From a bacterium (lineage in GTDB: Bacteria > Desulfobacterota > Binatia > Binatales > Binataceae), in NCBI GenBank assembly GCA_014896235.1, contig JADBKU010000014.1, positions 16,435 to 80,434 on the forward strand: a DNA stretch of 64,000 nt, read 5' to 3'. The position numbers and the translations under genes were made by a program. The notes under the pieces are model-generated. The model was not told the DNA's origin, searched no databases, and saw nothing but the letters and a program-made list of their open reading frames with translations. Each line of letters starts with the position of its first letter. Position 1 is the stretch's first letter. Below are positions 48,245-56,491 of this stretch, in pieces.

Positions 48245-48354
48245 TTCCGCCGCCAGAAGCCACTATTAGCGAAAAGAATTTGCGTTTAGCAAGATTAATC
48301 GCAATTCAATGCGATAATCGTCCGAATGAGTAAATTGGGCAGGAGGCAAGTCAA

Positions 48355-50142
48355 TCAGGCGGCGGCGGTGGCTTGAATCAGCTCGAACGCGCCGGGCTCG
48401 ATCGCATCGCTGGAACGCAACACCACTTTGATGCCCATCCGGGCTTCGAGCGTTTCGAGATCGCGCGCGCCAACGTCATAAAGATAACGCGCGACCGCGG
48501 AATTGACTTTGATCACCATCAGGTCGCGCCGTGGCGGACGGCCGGCGATTCGATGGATGCCGCGCAGGATTTCGGCCGCAAGCGTCGGCACCGATTTCAC
48601 CACGCGCCGGCCGTGGCATTGCGGACACTGCTCGGTCAGCAGCTCTTCCAAGCTCTCGCGGGTGCGCTTGCGGGTCATCTGGACCAGCCCCAGCTCCGAG
48701 ATCTTGAGCATCGAGCTGCGCGCCTTGTCGCGTTTGAGCGCCTGTCCAAGCGCGTCAGTAACTTTCTTGCGGTCCGGCTCCCGCGCCATGTCGATAAAAT
48801 CGACGATAATGATGCCGCCGATATTGCGCAGCCGGAGTTGCTTGACGACCTCTTCGGCCGCTTCGAGATTGGTGCGCAGGACGGTCTCGTCCTGATTGCG
48901 CTTGCCGACGAAACGGCCCGTATTGACGTCGATCGCGGTCAACGCTTCGGCTTGGTCGAAAACCAGATAGCCGCCGGACTTCAGCCAGACCTTGCGCTCG
49001 AGCGCTCGCTCGATTTGCGCCTCGATCTGGAAGTGGTCGAAGATCGGCTCCTCCGCTTCGTAGAGCGCGACCCGCGACCGCAACCGCGGCATGTAGCTCT
49101 GAACGAATTCGAGAATCCGGTCGTAACTCTCGCGATCGTCGCACCACAGTTTGTCGACATCGCTGGCGAAGAGGTCGCGGACCACCCTGAGCGCCACATC
49201 GAGGTCGTTGTAAAGCAGCGATGGGGCGGGACTCTCCTCGGAACGCTTGACGATCGCCGCCCAAAGCTTGGTCAGAAATGAAACATCGCGCTGTATTTCA
49301 CGCTTGCTCAGCCCCTCGCATACCGTGCGAACGATGAAACCGCCCTGCTCCGGACGGATCTCCTTGACCGCCGCCCGCAGCCGGGCGCGTTCCTGCGCGC
49401 TTTCGATCCGGCGCGAGATGCCGATGTGGCTGCTGGTCGGCGTGTACACGAGATGGCGTCCCGGGATCGAAACAAACGAGGTCAGACGCGCGCCCTTGGT
49501 GCCGAGCGGCTCCTTGGCGATCTGAACGATTATTTCCTGGCCGCGCTTGAGCTGTTGTTCGATCGGCACCCGGACTCGCCGTTCATGACGACGCCGGCGC
49601 CGCCCGCGTCCGCGGCGCGAGCGTGATCGCGGCTTCGATGCCGACGCAGCGGCTTCAGTTCCGCCGATGTCGCCTTCGGTCGAACGCTCGGCGGCTTCGG
49701 CGCCGTCCGCGATGGCGCCGGCGTCAATTTGCGCGTCCCCCGCTGGATTCGGCAGGAAGTCATTGGACGAATCGATTTCGTCATCATCGGGAATTTCCGG
49801 CAGGTCGTGCCCGACTCTGAGAAATTCGTCGAATTCGGTCTCGCCCGACGCTTCCGCTTCGGTTTCGACGTCTTCTTCGCCGGTGACCTCGGCCACCGCG
49901 CCATAGCTGGCAAGATCGCTGTAGAAGTCGGAAACGTGTAGAAACCCAGCTTTTTCGAGGCCAATATCGACAAACGCCGCCTGCATGCCCGGCAATACGC
50001 GGGTCACCCGGCCTTTATAGATATTGCCGACCAGTCCGCGCCGCGCGTTGCGTTCAAGATATAGTTCGGCGAGGCCGCTGTCCTCGAGCAGCGCCACGCG
50101 CACCTCCATCGCGGAGGCATTTATTACGATTTCGCGCTTCAC
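48355..50142 (-). CDS. rng: Rne/Rng-family ribonuclease (RNase E/G) with an acidic/basic insertion
   Basis: S1 domain (GNIYKGRVTRVLPGMQAAFVDIG), DNase-I-like/catalytic region (..TAIDVNTGRFVG..GGIIIVDFIDM..), Zn-link CPQCHGRG. Confidence 0.9.
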   Translation of the reverse strand: MKREIVINASAMEVRVALLEDSGLAELYLERNARRGLVGNIYKGRVTRVLPGMQAAFVDIGLEKAGFLHVSDFYSDLASYGAVAEVTGEEDVETEAEASGETEFDEFLRVGHDLPEIPDDDEIDSSNDFLPNPAGDAQIDAGAIADGAEAAERSTEGDIGGTEAAASASKPRSRSRRGRGRRRRRHERRVRVPIEQQLKRGQEIIVQIAKEPLGTKGARLTSFVSIPGRHLVYTPTSSHIGISRRIESAQERARLRAAVKEIRPEQGGFIVRTVCEGLSKREIQRDVSFLTKLWAAIVKRSEESPAPSLLYNDLDVALRVVRDLFASDVDKLWCDDRESYDRILEFVQSYMPRLRSRVALYEAEEPIFDHFQIEAQIERALERKVWLKSGGYLVFDQAEALTAIDVNTGRFVGKRNQDETVLRTNLEAAEEVVKQLRLRNIGGIIIVDFIDMAREPDRKKVTDALGQALKRDKARSSMLKISELGLVQMTRKRTRESLEELLTEQCPQCHGRRVVKSVPTLAAEILRGIHRIAGRPPRRDLMVIKVNSAVARYLYDVGARDLETLEARMGIKVVLRSSDAIEPGAFELIQATAAA

Positions 50143-50386
50143 ACTGCGCCTACCTGCCGGCTCGCTATTGCCGCCATTCAGCGCTGTTGATAGCTACAAA
50201 TGGCTGCAGTGGAGCGGCGCTGCGCTAAGCCAGCCTTTGCAGGCGCCGATTGAATACATCCCAAACTATTCAACTCCCGAGCGATTCACGATCGCCGGAT
50301 TTTCCCCTGATCATACGGAGCGCTATTGATCTCCGCAAGGCGACCTGACGATGCTGCGCCGACTAGAACCGCGCCGGTATGATCGG

Positions 50387-51172
50387 TTAGCCGAGCGCGT
50401 TTTTGGTGTCGATCGTCTGGCCGCCGTCAACGACATAAGCGGCGCCGGTAACAAAGCCAGCCAAATCCGACGCCAGAAACAGAACGACGTTCGCAACGTC
50501 CTCTGGACGTCCCAGCCGTTTCAACGGTATACGCTTCGCCATTTTTTCGCTTATTCCGGGCGCGCTTATCGCCGACGCGATCAGCGGCGTGGCGATAACG
50601 CCTGGACATACGCAATTCGCGCGGATTCCGAAACGCCCGTATTCGACGGCCGCGACTCGCGTCAGATTAATCAAGCCGGCCTTTACCGCGTTGTAGGCGG
50701 CGATTCCCTGATCGGCGAACAGCCCCGAAATCGATGCGGTGTTGACGATCGCGCCGCCGCCCTGCTCCCGCATGATTGGAATTGCCGCGCGCATCGCACG
50801 AAAGCACGCCGTCAAACCGATATTGAGCGTATGGTCCCAGCTTTCGTCGGTCGTGTCCGCGAGCCGCACCATCAGGGAGATGCCGGGCGGAAATGCAAAC
50901 GCGTTGTTGTGGAGAAAATCCAACCGCCCGAATTTTTCGCGCGCGAAATGAATCGCGCCATCGATATCCGCCTGTTTGCTCACATCGGCGCGGAACGCCG
51001 CGGCCGATCCGCCAAATCCGGCAATCTCCGCCGCGACCGATTTCGCTGCGGCTTCATTGAAGTCCGCCACGACGACCGCGCCGCCAGCGCGCGCGTAGCC
51101 AATCGCGGTCGCACGTCCGATTCCCGAACCCGCTCCAGTCACCAGGCCGGCTTTGCCTTTGAATTCGATCAT
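50387..51172 (-). CDS. SDR-family oxidoreductase
   Basis: TGAGSGIGRATA (TGxxxGIG), NNAF, YNAVKAG (YxxxK), PGVIATP. Confidence 0.9.
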   Translation of the reverse strand: MIEFKGKAGLVTGAGSGIGRATAIGYARAGGAVVVADFNEAAAKSVAAEIAGFGGSAAAFRADVSKQADIDGAIHFAREKFGRLDFLHNNAFAFPPGISLMVRLADTTDESWDHTLNIGLTACFRAMRAAIPIMREQGGGAIVNTASISGLFADQGIAAYNAVKAGLINLTRVAAVEYGRFGIRANCVCPGVIATPLIASAISAPGISEKMAKRIPLKRLGRPEDVANVVLFLASDLAGFVTGAAYVVDGGQTIDTKNALG

Positions 51173-51213
51173 GCCTCTTGATCAATCATTCACGGGCGGC
51201 GCGCACAAGCGAA

Positions 51214-51342
51214 TCAGGCCGCGTCGATGGCGGAGAATCGGCCGACGACGCGGGCGAGCAGTATCGGACGGCCAGCGGCGTCCGTTCTATACGTGCGGCC
51301 TTCGACTACGTCATCGCTTGCGGCGACTCTGATCCACGGCAT
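51214..51342 (-). pseudogene. Rieske-type ferredoxin N-terminal stub (42 codons)
   Basis: MPWIRVAASDDVVEGRTYRTDAAGRPILLARVVGRFSAIDAA* matches the start of small Rieske proteins. It stops just before the expected CxH motif. A GAGG RBS is present. Confidence 0.4.
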
Positions 51343-51361
51343 CTTCGCCTCGCTTGGTCGT

Positions 51362-51778
51362 TCAGCCGTTTCGCGGACGGAACTTCGGCAACATGATCTC
51401 ATCGGTCAGGCGCTCGAAGATCGCCTCGACCGCCATGCCAATCGCGACGCGCTCAGGCGGGCAGCCGACGATGTTGGTCATCATCGTCGGCCCCTCTTCG
51501 AGCCGCACCAGCGCGACGACATACGGAACATCGGCGGCGAACGCGGCGGATACCGGCCGGCGCACGATCGTGAATGACGTTACCTCGGCTCTGCCGCTCG
51601 CCTTTAGCCAGTCCACTCGCTCGCTCATACATCGCGCGCAGTACAGGCGCGGAAAAAACTGAAAATGGCCGCACTCGCCGCATCGCTGAATCATCAGTTC
51701 GCCGCGCCTGCATCCTTCCCAGAATGGCAGCGTTTCGCGCGTCGGCGCTGGAACGGGTTTGCCCTGCGGGTCAGCCAT
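51362..51778 (-). CDS. DUF35 Zn-ribbon/OB-fold protein (thiolase partner)
   Basis: PFWEGCRRGELMIQRCGECGHFQFFPRLYCARC.., followed by an OB-fold segment. ATGA overlap with the thiolase gene. Confidence 0.85.
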   Translation of the reverse strand: MADPQGKPVPAPTRETLPFWEGCRRGELMIQRCGECGHFQFFPRLYCARCMSERVDWLKASGRAEVTSFTIVRRPVSAAFAADVPYVVALVRLEEGPTMMTNIVGCPPERVAIGMAVEAIFERLTDEIMLPKFRPRNG

Positions 51779-52938
51779 CAGACCATTTCATTTCCGAAAA
51801 TCGCCGTGCCATGGCTCGACATAAAGCCGCCCTGGCCGTGAACCAACGCCACCTGTGCGTTGGGAACCTGCCGCGGCCCGCACTCGCCGCGCAGTTGCCG
51901 GACCGCCTCGGTAATCGCGAACATCGAGCCGGGATGGCCCGGATGGCAGTGCGACAGCAAGCCGCCGTGCGTGTTGACCGGCAACTCGCCGCCCAGCTCG
52001 ATCCGTCCGTTTTCAACGAAGCGCCCGCCCTCGCCTTTCGGGCAAAAACCCAGATCTTCAAGTTCGATAATCACCACTGGCGTGAAGCAGTCGTACAGTT
52101 CGGCGACGTCGACGTCTTTCGGGCCGAGCCCCGCCATCGCGTACGCGCGCTCGCCTGATTCTTTCGCCGCCGAGGTCGTGAGACTGAGCGCCTGGCTTAG
52201 ATGCTCGTGCGAATGGCCCTCGCCAGCGCCAAGCAGATAAACCGGCCGCCGCGGTAAATCGCGCGTCCGTTCCGCTGAAGTCATTACGATCGCGGCGCCG
52301 CCGTCGCTCACCAGCGAGCAGTCCAATAGATGCAACGGATCGGAGATCATCCGCGAATTCAGCACGTCGGCGATTGTGATCGGCTTGCGCATCTGCGCCG
52401 CCGGATTCATCGACGCGTGCCTGCGGCACGCGACCGCGACCGCGGCGCGCTGCTCGTCAGTCGTGCCGTAGGCGTGCCGATGGGCCTGCGCGATCAGCGC
52501 GTAAAAAGCCGGTATCGGCGGACCGTACGGCCGCTCGAATTGCGGATGGCCGGCGGTGGACATCGCCTCGATCGCCTTGTCTCGCGAGAGACCGGAAACC
52601 TGGCTGTCAGCCATCGTAATCAGAATCGTACTGCAGATTCCGGTCGCTATCGCTGACGCCGCATGATGCAGCATCGCCAGCGTCGTGCCGCCGCCGGCCG
52701 GCGCCGTGATGCAATAGCGTGGGAAAATCTGCATGTACTCGGCGATCATCTCGGCGTGATAGACGTACGGTTCAGCCCACGAGACGCAGGTAATCAGGCC
52801 GTCGACCTGGTCCTTGCCGATTCCGGCGTCGGCGAGCGCGAGCCGCGCCGCTTTGACGTAAAGCTGGGTCGCGCTGAGATCGGGCACGACGCCGACCTCG
52901 GTATCCGCGGCGCCCACGATCGCGACCTTGTTCCGCAA
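51778..52938 (-). CDS. Thiolase-like (SCP-x type) protein
   Basis: 386 aa, VAIVGAADTEVG.., ..NTHGGLLSHCHPG..; paired with DUF35 as is typical. Confidence 0.85.
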   Translation of the reverse strand: MRNKVAIVGAADTEVGVVPDLSATQLYVKAARLALADAGIGKDQVDGLITCVSWAEPYVYHAEMIAEYMQIFPRYCITAPAGGGTTLAMLHHAASAIATGICSTILITMADSQVSGLSRDKAIEAMSTAGHPQFERPYGPPIPAFYALIAQAHRHAYGTTDEQRAAVAVACRRHASMNPAAQMRKPITIADVLNSRMISDPLHLLDCSLVSDGGAAIVMTSAERTRDLPRRPVYLLGAGEGHSHEHLSQALSLTTSAAKESGERAYAMAGLGPKDVDVAELYDCFTPVVIIELEDLGFCPKGEGGRFVENGRIELGGELPVNTHGGLLSHCHPGHPGSMFAITEAVRQLRGECGPRQVPNAQVALVHGQGGFMSSHGTAIFGNEMV

Positions 52939-52971
52939 CGATTCCGTACGCTTCTCCGCGACCCGCGCCGC

Positions 52972-54099
52972 TTAATTCGTTGGGAAGCCAAACACCCGCG
53001 CGACGTTGTCATGCACCATCTTGCGCGTGTCAGCCGCCGAAATGCCCGCGAAATTGTGCGCGACTTTCTTACGCGAGTAGGGCCATACGCCTTCGGTATG
53101 CGGGTAATCCGAACCCCACATCAGGTTCTCGACGCCGATCATATCGCGCGTCAGCACGCCCGCGCGGTCGTCCTCGAACGTGGCGAAGAACTGGCGATGG
53201 AAATAGGCGCTCGGCGTTTCCGGCAGCTTCGGCTCCATCCAGCCGCGATGGTCGTTCCACCAATGGTCCATAAAAGACAGCACCGACGCGATCCAGCCGA
53301 TTCCGCCTTCGACCATCGACCATTTCAAACGCGGAAATCGCATCGGCGCGCCGCCCCAGATAAGCCGCATCACGGTGTCGTACATCATGAACTTGATGAC
53401 GCCCACGTTGATTCCGCCGGCTCCGGGACCGTGCGCGATACCGTACGGCTCGCGGCCGCTCAGATGCATGCTGGCGACGAGGTTCAAATCCTGCAGCGCC
53501 GCCCAAAGCCGATCCCATTCGGGCAAGTTGTAAGGCCGATCATCGACCCACGCCGGCAGCATAACGGTCGCGAAGCCCATCTTCGCCGCGCGCTCAGCCT
53601 CTTTGACCGCGTTTTCGATCGGACCGCGATTCGGCAGCATCGCGGCGCCTTTGAGGCGAGCGGGATGTACCGAGCAATACTCGGCCAGCCAATCGTTGTA
53701 GGCGCGGCAGCAGGCGTAGATGTACTCGGCGTCGGGCGCGCGCACGATATGCAGGCCCACGCCCGGATAGATGACTTCTCCCGAAACCCCGTCCAGCGCC
53801 TGGTCCTTCAGGCGCTCGTTAGGATCCCACGAACCCGGCCGGTTCTGGTCGTAGCTGTAGCCTTTCGGCACCGGAATCTCCATCCCCTGCGCCTTCAGGT
53901 CGGCCATCGGCCCCTCGAATGCGAGCGGGCGCGGACGCATCCCGTCGATCACGATATAGTCGCCGCTTTCGTCAAGCCGCTCGATCCGCGGCGCGCGGTC
54001 GCGCCACTTCGCATCGATGCGCCTGAGCCATAGATCGCGCGGCTCCATCACATGCGAGTCCGCCGACAACAGGCTTCCGCCGTATTCGCCCTCGGCCAT
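52972..54099 (-). CDS. Amidohydrolase-2 family metal-dependent hydrolase/decarboxylase
   Basis: SADSHVMEP.., ..HLSGREP.., ..LMWGSDYPHTEG..; 375 aa. Confidence 0.85.
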   Translation of the reverse strand: MAEGEYGGSLLSADSHVMEPRDLWLRRIDAKWRDRAPRIERLDESGDYIVIDGMRPRPLAFEGPMADLKAQGMEIPVPKGYSYDQNRPGSWDPNERLKDQALDGVSGEVIYPGVGLHIVRAPDAEYIYACCRAYNDWLAEYCSVHPARLKGAAMLPNRGPIENAVKEAERAAKMGFATVMLPAWVDDRPYNLPEWDRLWAALQDLNLVASMHLSGREPYGIAHGPGAGGINVGVIKFMMYDTVMRLIWGGAPMRFPRLKWSMVEGGIGWIASVLSFMDHWWNDHRGWMEPKLPETPSAYFHRQFFATFEDDRAGVLTRDMIGVENLMWGSDYPHTEGVWPYSRKKVAHNFAGISAADTRKMVHDNVARVFGFPTN

Positions 54100-54297
54100 A
54101 TGTCATCTCCAGCGTCGTGCGGCATTAGACCGACCGCACTCCAGCGCGCAATTTAACTCATTTTCGAAAAGAGCGGTAACGACCGCTCCTCATCTTGCGG
54201 CGGACGACGCATCACGGCGGCTTGGATGCGGAGATCCCGGAGGGCGGATATAATCGGGAAGCGCCGCCAACGCCGAAGGAAACCTCAATTCGATCTC

Positions 54298-54993
54298 ATG
54301 CCGATTCGCGCCATTGTTTTCGATTTGGATGGCACCCTCGCCGACACCGAACCGCTCCATTTCGCGGCCTTCGCGGAGACCCTTCGGCCGGAAGGAATCG
54401 CGCTCGATCGCGCCGACTACTTCGCGCGGTTGATCGGCTACGACGATCGCGACTGTTTCGCGACCGTGCTCGCCGAATACGGTCTCTCGTATAACGAGGA
54501 GCAGATCGCCGCGCTGATCGAGCGCAAGGCCGCGGTTTACGGCGCGATGATCGCGGAGCGCGACGTGCTCTACCCGGGCGCGGCGGATTTCGTGCGGCGA
54601 TGCGCCGAGCGGTTTCCGCTGATGCTGGTGACCGGAACGCTTCGAGTCGAAGCCGAAGCGATCCTCAGCGGCGCCGGCTTGCGATCGCTTTTTCTCGATA
54701 TCATCGCCGCGGAGGACGTTGCCTGCGGCAAACCCGACCCCGAAGGATTTCTTGCAGCGCTGGGGCGGTTGGGCTTTCTGTTGCGGCCGCGTCCTTCGAT
54801 CGTCGCTGCCGAATGTCTCGCTGTCGAAGACACCGCCGCCGGAATCGCCGCCGCGCGCGCCGCCGGGATGCGCGTGCTGGCGTTCAGCCACACCGCGAAC
54901 GACGACGCCCTCGCCGACGCCGATCTGACGCGCCCGGCAATCGGCACGACCGATCTCGACGAAGTGTTGCGGCATTTCGCCGCCGCGCTCTGA
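54298..54993 (+). CDS. HAD-superfamily hydrolase (beta-phosphoglucomutase-like)
   Basis: IVFDLDGTLADTEPLH (motif I), LVTGT (II), KPDPEGF (III), VEDTAAGIAAARAAGM (IV). I chose the ATG at 54298. Confidence 0.85.
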   Translation: MPIRAIVFDLDGTLADTEPLHFAAFAETLRPEGIALDRADYFARLIGYDDRDCFATVLAEYGLSYNEEQIAALIERKAAVYGAMIAERDVLYPGAADFVRRCAERFPLMLVTGTLRVEAEAILSGAGLRSLFLDIIAAEDVACGKPDPEGFLAALGRLGFLLRPRPSIVAAECLAVEDTAAGIAAARAAGMRVLAFSHTANDDALADADLTRPAIGTTDLDEVLRHFAAAL

Positions 54994-55005
54994 ACCGGGC
55001 GAAGC

Positions 55006-56469
55006 TCAAGCGAGCGCTTCGAGCAGGCGTGTCGGCAGCCGGTCGAAAGGTCCGTTCGACATGCATACGATCACGTCGCCGCCGCGGGCGTCGCGAACGA
55101 TTCCGTCGAGAATCGCGTCCGTATCGGGATATGCCGACGCCGCCGGACCGCGCGCGGCGATCGCCGCCGCGAGCGCGTCGGTATCGAGCCTCTCGGCCGG
55201 CGGAATCGGATCGTTTTCCTTGAAATAAACCGCGCCGAGATAGACGCGCGCGGCGCGATCAAACGCGCTAGCGAATCCCTGCTGGAAGACCGCGCGGCGC
55301 GACGTATTCGAGCGCGGCTCGAACGCCGCCACGATCCGCCGGCCCGCGAACCGCTCGGCGATCGCTTCGAGCGTCGCGGCGATCGCCGTCGGATGATGCG
55401 CGAAGTCGTCGATCACCGTGATTCCGCGCGCCTCGCCGACGATCTCCTGGCGGCGCTTGACGCCGCGAAACGTCGCGAATCCGCGCGCGATCGCATCGGC
55501 TTCGATTCCGCACTCGCGCAGCAACACCCATACGCCGAGCGCGTTGGCGACGTTCATCCGCCCGCCGATCGGCAGAAACAAATCGCCGGCGACGCGCCAT
55601 CCGTCTCGCTCGATCGCGAAATGCGCGCCGTCCGCGCGGATCGCAACGTCCGCGGCGCGGTACTCTCCGGCGCGCAGGCCGAAGGTGGGCCGCCGCGCCC
55701 GCGTATGCGCGCTCGCGTCGAGCGCATGCGGAAAGTCGGCGCATACGGCAAGCACGCGCGACTCGTCCATCCGCTCCGCCAGCGCGCGGAACGACGACTT
55801 CACATGCTCGAGGTCGCGATAGATATCGGCGTGATCGAATTCGACCGCCGTCAGAATCGCGCCGTGCGGACGGTAGTGCAGGAATTTCGGCCCTTTGTCG
55901 AAGAACGCGGTGTCGTACTCGTCGCCTTCGATCGCGAAATCATCGCCGCCGCCGAGCCGATAGTTCCCGCCGAAATCGATCGCGATTCCGCCCACCAGCA
56001 TCGACGGATCGCGCCCCGCCGCCGCCAGCACATGCGCGATCATCGCCGTTGACGTCGTCTTGCCGTGCGTTCCGGCGACCATCAGCACCCGCCGCCCGCG
56101 CAAAAAGAAATGCCACAGCGCCTCGGGCATCGAAACGTACGGAATCGCGCCCGCGAGCAGCGCGGCCGCCTCGGGATTCGCGCGCGTCACCACGTTGCCG
56201 ACGATCGCGAGATCGGGCGGCGGCTCTAAATTCGCGGCGGAATAGGGAATTCGCGCCACGACGTTCAATTCCTTCAGCAGCGACGCGGTCGGTTCATAAA
56301 GCTGGCTGTCCGAGCCGGTGACGCGGATTCCGCGCGCCACGAACATCCCCGCCAGCGCCGCCATCGCGGAGCCCGCCACTCCGATCAAATGAACCCGGCG
56401 GACGGCGGCCGGAATCCGCGCGATCCGCGCCGCCGATTCGGCGGATACCTCGAACGCCATGCCCGTCAA
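55006..56469 (-). CDS. mpl: UDP-N-acetylmuramate:L-Ala-gamma-D-Glu-meso-DAP ligase (Mpl)
   Basis: VHLIGVAGSAMAALAGMF..GIRVTGSDSQLYEP.., VAGTHGKTTSTAM.., Mur-ligase C-domain. The overall pattern is closer to Mpl than to MurC. Confidence 0.8.
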   Translation of the reverse strand: MTGMAFEVSAESAARIARIPAAVRRVHLIGVAGSAMAALAGMFVARGIRVTGSDSQLYEPTASLLKELNVVARIPYSAANLEPPPDLAIVGNVVTRANPEAAALLAGAIPYVSMPEALWHFFLRGRRVLMVAGTHGKTTSTAMIAHVLAAAGRDPSMLVGGIAIDFGGNYRLGGGDDFAIEGDEYDTAFFDKGPKFLHYRPHGAILTAVEFDHADIYRDLEHVKSSFRALAERMDESRVLAVCADFPHALDASAHTRARRPTFGLRAGEYRAADVAIRADGAHFAIERDGWRVAGDLFLPIGGRMNVANALGVWVLLRECGIEADAIARGFATFRGVKRRQEIVGEARGITVIDDFAHHPTAIAATLEAIAERFAGRRIVAAFEPRSNTSRRAVFQQGFASAFDRAARVYLGAVYFKENDPIPPAERLDTDALAAAIAARGPAASAYPDTDAILDGIVRDARGGDVIVCMSNGPFDRLPTRLLEALA

Positions 56470-56491
56470 CCCCTGTCCGCCGCCGCGCGCT

